A DNA stretch of 64,000 nt. Origin: Candidatus Edwardsbacteria bacterium. Lineage in GTDB: Bacteria; Edwardsbacteria; AC1; EtOH8. The translations under genes were made by a program, and so were the position numbers. This document shows, piece by piece, positions 58,116 to 64,000 of this stretch (its first letter is position 1; each line of letters begins with the position of its first letter). The DNA lies in the NCBI GenBank assembly GCA_018821925.1, contig JAHJLF010000053.1, positions 495 to 64,494 of the forward strand, given 5' to 3'. Below the pieces are notes generated by a model that was not told the origin of the DNA, did no database searches, and saw nothing but the letters and a program-made list of their open reading frames with translations.

Positions 58116-58952
58116 TCAGTTATTCTTGGCCACGAACCGGTTCATCAGCCCGTAGGCCGTCAGGTTTATCAGCAAAATGGTTATCACCAGAATGGCCGCG
58201 GTGCCGTAGGCGTTCTCGGTGGAGATCCCCTCCCGGGCCAGGATATAGAAATGCACTGACATGGTCCGGGCCGAATCCATCAGCGAGGTGGGCATCCGCA
58301 ATGATGAGCCGGCGGTGAAGATCACCGCGGCGGTCTCTCCTATCGAGCGCCCCACCCCCAGCATCACCCCGGTGACGATGCCCGGCAGGGCACTGGGCAG
58401 CACCACCTTCTGGACGGTCTCCCAGCGGGTGGCCCCCAGCGAGAAGGAAACCTCGCGGAAGGAATTGGGCACCGATTTGATGGCCTCCTCCGAGGTCCGA
58501 ATGATGGTGGGCAATATCATGAAGGCCAGGGTCAGCCCGCCGGACAGGATGGACCAGCCCATCTGCAGGATGGTGACAAAGAAGATGAAGCCGAACAGGC
58601 CGAAGATGATGGAGGGGATCCCGGCCAGGCAGTCGGCCCCGAAACGAATGATCCTGGTGGCCCGGCTCTCCCTGGTATATTCGGTAAGATAGATGGCTGT
58701 GCCCACCCCCAGGGGCGTGGCGATGGCTATGGCCACCACGGTTAACAGGATGGTCCCGATGACCACCGGGAAGATGCCGCCGGCCTTTCCCATATCCTGG
58801 GGATTGGTGAGCAGGAATTTGAAGCCCACCGCCGGAAGGCCTTTCTGTAGCACGAACAGGATGATGAACACTAGTATGGCCAAGGTGGCCAGGGTTGCCA
58901 GGCCCATCACCAGCTGGGCGGCGATCTGGGTGTATCTGGGCGGTATTCTCAT
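58116..58952 (-). CDS. pstA: Phosphate ABC transporter permease PstA
   Basis: Six TM segments and an EAA-like loop; 4-nt overlap with pstC. Confidence 0.9.
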   Translation of the reverse strand: MRIPPRYTQIAAQLVMGLATLATLAILVFIILFVLQKGLPAVGFKFLLTNPQDMGKAGGIFPVVIGTILLTVVAIAIATPLGVGTAIYLTEYTRESRATRIIRFGADCLAGIPSIIFGLFGFIFFVTILQMGWSILSGGLTLAFMILPTIIRTSEEAIKSVPNSFREVSFSLGATRWETVQKVVLPSALPGIVTGVMLGVGRSIGETAAVIFTAGSSLRMPTSLMDSARTMSVHFYILAREGISTENAYGTAAILVITILLINLTAYGLMNRFVAKNN

Positions 58953-59806
58953 CTCTTGCCCGCCTTTTTTCTGATGGCCATTCCGGCCAGGGAGTTCAGA
59001 ATCATGATTATCACCAGTAGCACCACTCCGGTGGCAAACAGCGCTTGGCGGTGCTGCCCGGTGGCGTAGCCCATCTCCAGGGCGATGTTGGCGGTCAGGG
59101 TGCGGACGGAATCCAGGGCCGATATGGGGATCTTGACCGCATTGCCGGCCACCATGATCACCGCCATGGTCTCGCCGATGGCCCGTCCCATCCCCAGTAT
59201 GATGGCCGCTATGATGCCTGATTTGGCGGCCGGCACCGTCACCATATAAGTGGTCTGCCAGTGGGTGGCGCCAAGGGCCAGCGAGCCCTCCCGGTAGGAG
59301 TTGGGCACCGACTGGATGGAATCGATGGAGATGCTGATGATGGTGGGCAGGATCATGATGCCCAGGATGATGGCCCCGGCCAGCACCGACAGCCCCGGCC
59401 CGCCCAGGTGGGAGCGGATCAGCGGAGCCAGCACCATCACCCCCATGAACCCGTAGACCACCGAGGGAATGCCGGCCAGCAGTTCGATGGTGGGCTTGAT
59501 GACCCCCATCACCCGGCGCGGCACGAACTCGGTGAGGTAGACGGCGCAGGCCACCCCCAGCGGGGCTCCCACCAGCATGGCCCCCAGGGTCACCCAGATG
59601 GAGGCCACGATCATGGGCCAGATGCCGAACTTCCCGTCCTGGGGCTGCCAGTCGGAGGAAAACAGGAATTTTAGCGGCCCGTAGCTGATGATGAACGGCA
59701 GCCCCTCTTTAATGATAAAAAGGGCAATCAAGAGCAGGGCCGAGATAGCCGAAAAAGCTATCCCCGCCAACACTCTCCGAACGCCCTTCTCGCCTAAGAA
59801 TTTCAT
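58949..59806 (-). CDS. pstC: Phosphate ABC transporter permease PstC
   Basis: Six TM segments; permease family. Confidence 0.9.
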   Translation of the reverse strand: MKFLGEKGVRRVLAGIAFSAISALLLIALFIIKEGLPFIISYGPLKFLFSSDWQPQDGKFGIWPMIVASIWVTLGAMLVGAPLGVACAVYLTEFVPRRVMGVIKPTIELLAGIPSVVYGFMGVMVLAPLIRSHLGGPGLSVLAGAIILGIMILPTIISISIDSIQSVPNSYREGSLALGATHWQTTYMVTVPAAKSGIIAAIILGMGRAIGETMAVIMVAGNAVKIPISALDSVRTLTANIALEMGYATGQHRQALFATGVVLLVIIMILNSLAGMAIRKKAGKR

Positions 59807-59908
59807 GAAATATTCAGATTAATGTTTACACTCATGCCAATCATTTTTCTTTATTACGCAACATGGCCCTTGCCCTTTGTTCTTATTTTACCCCACTAAA
59901 ATGACCTC

Positions 59909-60375
59909 CCCGCTTTCTCTTATAACACCTCTCCCTTTTTCCCTCCCCGATCCGGGGAGGGTAGGGTGGGGTCGGAAGTTTTAGGGGACGGCAAACTAAC
60001 ATAATTGAGAATACTCTGGTTTTCAAAACGCTGATTTTATCATTATTTAAGCGTTTGCACCAGCAACGCTGATCGTAGCCATCCCCTAACACCCGGCTTA
60101 ACCTGTAAATCCTTACAGGTTAAGTTATGTTGGTATCAATGAGTCAATGGGGTCCGGGGGCGCAGTTGCGGTTTACTGCGAACAATAAACCAAAAGCGAT
60201 AAGCGCATCTAAGCGCATACTATATTCAGCAGAATAATTTAAGTTGCATATTCAATTTGATTGACGTTAAGCCCTGTGCCCCCGGCGGGTCTTTGACCTC
60301 TCCCTGCCTGACGGCTTCCCTCTCCGTTACGGGGAGGGAGTGTGGGTGGGGTCTGCCCGAACAGAAAGGGCTGTG
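59909..60375. repeat. Composite REP/MITE-like palindromic repeat cluster between pstC and pstS
   Basis: Carries the same modules as 56985-57295 plus the long gacctctccc...gggtgaggtc hairpin also found at 33942-34022. Confidence 0.7.
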
Positions 60376-60389
60376 ATGAAATAAAAACT

Positions 60390-61181
60390 CTATTTGACCG
60401 GTATCAGGCCGCTGCTCTTGATGGTCTCCTGGCCCTCCGCCGACAGCATGTAATCTATCACCTGCTTGATCGCCCCTTGGGGTTGTTCCATGGTCAACAG
60501 AAAAACCGGGCGGACCAATTTATACTTTCCGCTCATGATCTCCTCGGTGGTGCACTCCACCCCGTCCAATTTGACCGGCTTGATCTTTTCGTTGATCAAC
60601 CCGTGCGACAGGTAGCCCACCGCATTGACATCGTTGGCTACCGTCTCCCGGATGGTTCCGTTGGAGTCCTGAATCAGGGCTTCCTTGATCAGCGAGATCT
60701 CGCCCACTATCTGTTCGAAGGAGGTCCTGGTGCCGGAGCCAGCCTCGCGGGATACCACCGTGATCGGCCGATCCTCTCCGCCTACCTGTTTCCAGTTATT
60801 TATAGCCCCGTTGAATATCTCCCGCACCTGCTGCAGGGTAAGCCCCTCTATCTTGTTGCCGGGATTGACCACGATGGCGATGCCGTCCCGGGCCACTTTG
60901 GTGGCTGTGAGATTTTTGGCCTCTTCCGGCAGCTCCACCAGGTCGGCCATCCCTATCTGGGCGGTCCCGGACAGGGCCGATTGGATGCCCACCGCCGAGC
61001 CGCCGCCCTGCACCGTCACGTTGATGCCGGGATTTTGAGTCATGAACTGGTCGGCCAGTTTCTCGGCAAAGGGCTGAAAGGCGGTGGAGCCGGCCATGAT
61101 GACGGCCTCCCTCTTTTTGCCGCATCCAAAAACTGATACCGAAGCCAACAACGCTATTGAAACAATCATTTTTTTATTCAT
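60390..61181 (-). CDS. pstS: Phosphate-binding protein PstS (lipoprotein)
   Basis: FGCG lipobox; PBP fold with SGT/GSGT phosphate-binding motifs. Confidence 0.9.
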   Translation of the reverse strand: MNKKMIVSIALLASVSVFGCGKKREAVIMAGSTAFQPFAEKLADQFMTQNPGINVTVQGGGSAVGIQSALSGTAQIGMADLVELPEEAKNLTATKVARDGIAIVVNPGNKIEGLTLQQVREIFNGAINNWKQVGGEDRPITVVSREAGSGTRTSFEQIVGEISLIKEALIQDSNGTIRETVANDVNAVGYLSHGLINEKIKPVKLDGVECTTEEIMSGKYKLVRPVFLLTMEQPQGAIKQVIDYMLSAEGQETIKSSGLIPVK

Positions 61182-61207
61182 CTGAACATCTCCTTATAAT
61201 TTGTTAT

Positions 61208-62521
61208 TTAGAATTTGATCTGCATCTGCAGGGTGATCTTGTCGTCCTGGCAGGTGTTGTACTTGGGATGCAAACCCAGCGCCATATCGGTATGATAAAG
61301 CGTCCGGTCCAGGGCCAGAGTCAGCCTGACGGCATCATCCCACCAGTAGTTGACCGCCGCCGAGATGTTGGAGGTCTGATCGAAAGCGAGATCGTTGGCG
61401 GTGCAGGCATACTTGGTGGTATCCGACGAAGTGTTTGGATCGTAGCTGTCGATCCGTAGTGCTACGCCCAGTTTGTTTCCGATGTTCTGGACCAGCATGG
61501 CATAATAACCGAAGACCTCCTTGGTTTGGGAGACCCCTGTGATGGCCTCGGCCAGCACCGCCGTTCTACCGATGGGCAGGAACTGGTTATACATCTCGAA
61601 GGAGCCGCCCATACGGTTCTTGTAAAAGTTATCCGAGGTGGTAGAGGTCTTCTCAAATCCCTCATAATATGACCCGGTCAGCGCCACCAAGCCGAAATCG
61701 TATTTGATGCGTCCGATGAAATCCTTGGGCTTGGTGGGGTCGTTCCAGGTGAAGACCGAGTTGTCTATGCCGTAGCCATTGTAGACGCCTAGATCGACGC
61801 TCATTTTGTTGATGGGGGCAAAATTGAGCTTGACCCCGCGGTCCCGCTCGCCCTTGAACAGCTTGTTGGACATGACGCTTCTCTCAGGCACCTCGCGCAC
61901 CGAGGAGGACCTTTCGATCTCCACCCCGAACGGCCAGTTCATCTGACCCATGGTCAGGCTGAACCCCATCGGAGTCCATGGTTCCTTCAGGGTGATCCAG
62001 GCTTCCTTAAGGCTGACCTTATCCTTGGAGAAGTCAGGACAAATGCAATATTGTGAAGTGGCCGAAGGAGTGTATACGAATTTAATCCGGCCGCGGCGGA
62101 CGTAGAACCAGCTGGAGTCGGACCTGGTGTCAACCGAATTAGCGGCGCTGTCTATCCTGTCGTGGTTGATATACTCGAACCGGGTCTGAATATAGCCGGA
62201 AACCTTGAGTTTTTTCAACCCCCCGATATCGCTTTCGGCGGACAGCATCCTCTCCTCCATCCCGGCCAGCTTGTCGTCGGTTGCGGAAACCTTTTCTTCC
62301 ACTGCCTGGAACGGGGTTTGCCCCTGTTTGTTCAATTGGTCCTTGGCGGCGCTGAGCTCCTGGCCCAGGGCGTTCACCTGAAATGTCAGGGATTCCATCC
62401 TTTGCTGCAGGTTTATTATTGTGGTGTCGGGCTTTGTGGTCTTGGCCTTTTGGGCGAATGCCAATTGGCAGATTAACATTAGTGCCATGTTGAACAGGAT
62501 TACTCTTTTACCGTCTTTCAT
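61208..62521 (-). CDS. Outer-membrane porin, putative phosphate-selective (OprO/P-like), with an N-terminal coiled coil
   Basis: Signal peptide; amphipathic beta-strands; C-terminal ...QIKF; lies directly upstream of pstS. Confidence 0.5.
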   Translation of the reverse strand: MKDGKRVILFNMALMLICQLAFAQKAKTTKPDTTIINLQQRMESLTFQVNALGQELSAAKDQLNKQGQTPFQAVEEKVSATDDKLAGMEERMLSAESDIGGLKKLKVSGYIQTRFEYINHDRIDSAANSVDTRSDSSWFYVRRGRIKFVYTPSATSQYCICPDFSKDKVSLKEAWITLKEPWTPMGFSLTMGQMNWPFGVEIERSSSVREVPERSVMSNKLFKGERDRGVKLNFAPINKMSVDLGVYNGYGIDNSVFTWNDPTKPKDFIGRIKYDFGLVALTGSYYEGFEKTSTTSDNFYKNRMGGSFEMYNQFLPIGRTAVLAEAITGVSQTKEVFGYYAMLVQNIGNKLGVALRIDSYDPNTSSDTTKYACTANDLAFDQTSNISAAVNYWWDDAVRLTLALDRTLYHTDMALGLHPKYNTCQDDKITLQMQIKF

Positions 62522-62699
62522 TTTTTCCTTTTAAATATTTTCTTTTTTCTTTGCCGGAATCTGTCACCCTTAAGAAGCTATACTTGCCGGGCAATTGGTG
62601 TCTGCACTAAAGCTTTTGCTCTTCCTGCCCGCCAAGATGGCTTACAAAAAGGCAGGCGGGGAAGATGCCAATTATAAAAGCATAGGCGAAACTGGTGCC

Positions 62700-62883
62700 C
62701 ATTTTTCATCCCTCAGACAGTTAGGCACAGACGTCATCTCGGGATGACAATAAAAAAGATTAAATATCTTGGTGTCACTTCGGCATTGCTCAGTGCATGC
62801 TTGGTGGCAAGGGAAAACCCACGATTAACTAATTACCAATAACTAATTTCATCCCTCAACCTGCATTGCTCCGATGTGTCCTC
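62700..62883. promoter_or_regulatory. Two copies of a ~55-bp direct repeat, each an internal hairpin (tttcatccctca...tcgggatgaca), upstream of the porin-pst operon
   Basis: 62700-62755 and 62829-62883 read from the sequence. Confidence 0.45.
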
Positions 62884-62892
62884 GGGATGACA

Positions 62893-64000
62893 TTACTTTC
62901 CGTTCTGCCCCTCTTTGAGCAGTTTGGTAAGATCCTTGTTCTTCTGCAGCAGCTCCACTGCTTTCTGGGCCTGGGCATCGCTCTCCAGCAGGTAGGCCGT
63001 CCGGGCCTTGTCGCCGTACAGCTTGGAAAGCATCTCCCGCTTGATCCCCTGTTTGATATAATCCTTGCTTTCCTTGTATTCTTCGGGAGTGTATTCTATT
63101 TTATCTTCCTTCAGCAGTTTGATGAACTCCTCCACCATAGCCTCATTGACCGTGAAATCTTTTGACAGGTCGCTGTTACCCACGGAATATTTAATGGCGA
63201 ATTTGAAGAAGATGGTTTTGCGTTCCAGGTCCATCTGGAAGCGGGTCAAGCGGGGCAGGTCCACCTTGATGTCCGGAGTGATGCCGCCGCCGCCGTAGAC
63301 CTTGCGCTTGAGGCCGCCCAAGGTGGTATGGACCTCCTGGGTCGCGGTGGAATCTTCCTCCAGACTGTCCAGATCTCCGGACTGCCAGGCGCTGTTGTCC
63401 CGGTGGATGCACCGCCCGGACGGGGTATAATACTTGGCAGTGGTCAGCTTGATGGCTATGGAATCGCCCAATGGCATCACGTTCTGCACCGAGCCCTTGC
63501 CGAAACTGGTCTGCCCCAGCACCAATGCCCGATCCCAATCTTGTAATGCGCCGGCCACTATCTCCGAGGCCGAGGCCGAACCCTGGTTTATCAGCACCAC
63601 CACCGGACCATTCTTGGGCCCGAACAGCACCTTTCCTGAAGCCTTGTAATCCTGGTCAGCCTCCTTTAGCCGCCCCCTGGTGAAGACCACCAATGAGCCG
63701 TTATCCAAAAAGTTGCTGGAGACCTCCACCGCTTCGTGCAATAGTCCTCCGGGATTGCTGCGCAGGTCTAATATCAGCTGTTTCATCCCCTGTTTTTCCA
63801 GGTCCTGCAGGGCCCGGGTCAAATCCGGGCCGGATTTCTGGGAGAAATTGGCCAGCCAGATGTAGCCGATCTTGTCGGCAATGAAGCCATAGTACGGTAT
63901 GCTCTCTATCTCGATCAGGGCCCGGGTGATGGCGTAATCCATCAGTTCGTTGACCCCCTCGCGCTCGATGGTAATGGTGACGTTGCTGCCGGGCTCGCCC
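62893..64000 (-). CDS. C-terminal processing (tail-specific) peptidase, S41 family; the 5' end lies beyond the window
   Basis: GQTSFGKGSVQ catalytic Ser region; the reading frame continues open to position 64000 (..GEPGSNVTITIEREGVNELMDY.. PDZ region). Confidence 0.85.
   Translation of the reverse strand, partial: GEPGSNVTITIEREGVNELMDYAITRALIEIESIPYYGFIADKIGYIWLANFSQKSGPDLTRALQDLEKQGMKQLILDLRSNPGGLLHEAVEVSSNFLDNGSLVVFTRGRLKEADQDYKASGKVLFGPKNGPVVVLINQGSASASEIVAGALQDWDRALVLGQTSFGKGSVQNVMPLGDSIAIKLTTAKYYTPSGRCIHRDNSAWQSGDLDSLEEDSTATQEVHTTLGGLKRKVYGGGGITPDIKVDLPRLTRFQMDLERKTIFFKFAIKYSVGNSDLSKDFTVNEAMVEEFIKLLKEDKIEYTPEEYKESKDYIKQGIKREMLSKLYGDKARTAYLLESDAQAQKAVELLQKNKDLTKLLKEGQNGK

Overview
64 kb of a bacterial chromosome, roughly 55% GC, from an organism that uses a type IX secretion system (T9SS); it looks FCB-group-like or from a candidate phylum. 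Nearly all genes are on the minus strand. The window holds the following features, in order along the coordinates. (1) A hybrid sensor histidine kinase with PAS domains, truncated at the window start. (2) An accessory, defence-like island at about 2.76-14.35 kb. Its core is a strongly AT-rich NACHT/STAND NTPase gene next to a single-polypeptide Type IIG restriction-modification enzyme, with an orphaned relic of an RM C-terminal tail between them. A cluster of eight small minus-strand genes follows, bracketed by two paralogous mini HNH nucleases. The cluster carries a shared 42-nt leader element, a 42-bp tandem-repeat array and nested palindromic repeats. (3) A lipase-like alpha/beta hydrolase with a stand-alone receiver (REC) domain protein. 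(4) A 1583-aa protein fusing a Ser/Thr kinase, a P-loop/STAND ATPase, TPR repeats, a GAF domain, a sigma-54 activator domain and an HTH. Its start overlaps the stop of a secreted Reg_prop beta-propeller gene. (5) Housekeeping genes: an M20 amidohydrolase, a GGDEF diguanylate cyclase, a cysteine desulfurase, a sirtuin, proS, three tandem SurA/parvulin PPIases, a CN-hydrolase, a GIY-YIG protein, CutA, a NUDIX hydrolase, a QueG-like Fe-S protein, a TPR lipoprotein, an MBL phosphodiesterase, a SET-domain protein, a NYN domain protein and a C-terminal processing protease. (6) T9SS cargo proteins: a clan-CD gingipain-like protease, a second T9SS-sorted protein, and a separate M1 aminopeptidase fused to a putative outer-membrane beta-barrel. 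(7) A complete phosphate-uptake locus (porin-pstS-pstC-pstA-pstB1-pstB2-phoU). A REP/MITE-like palindromic repeat family interrupts this locus and recurs elsewhere in the window. The two PstB paralogs carry complementary degenerate ABC motifs, predicting an asymmetric heterodimeric ATPase. No rRNA genes, tRNA genes or CRISPR arrays were found.
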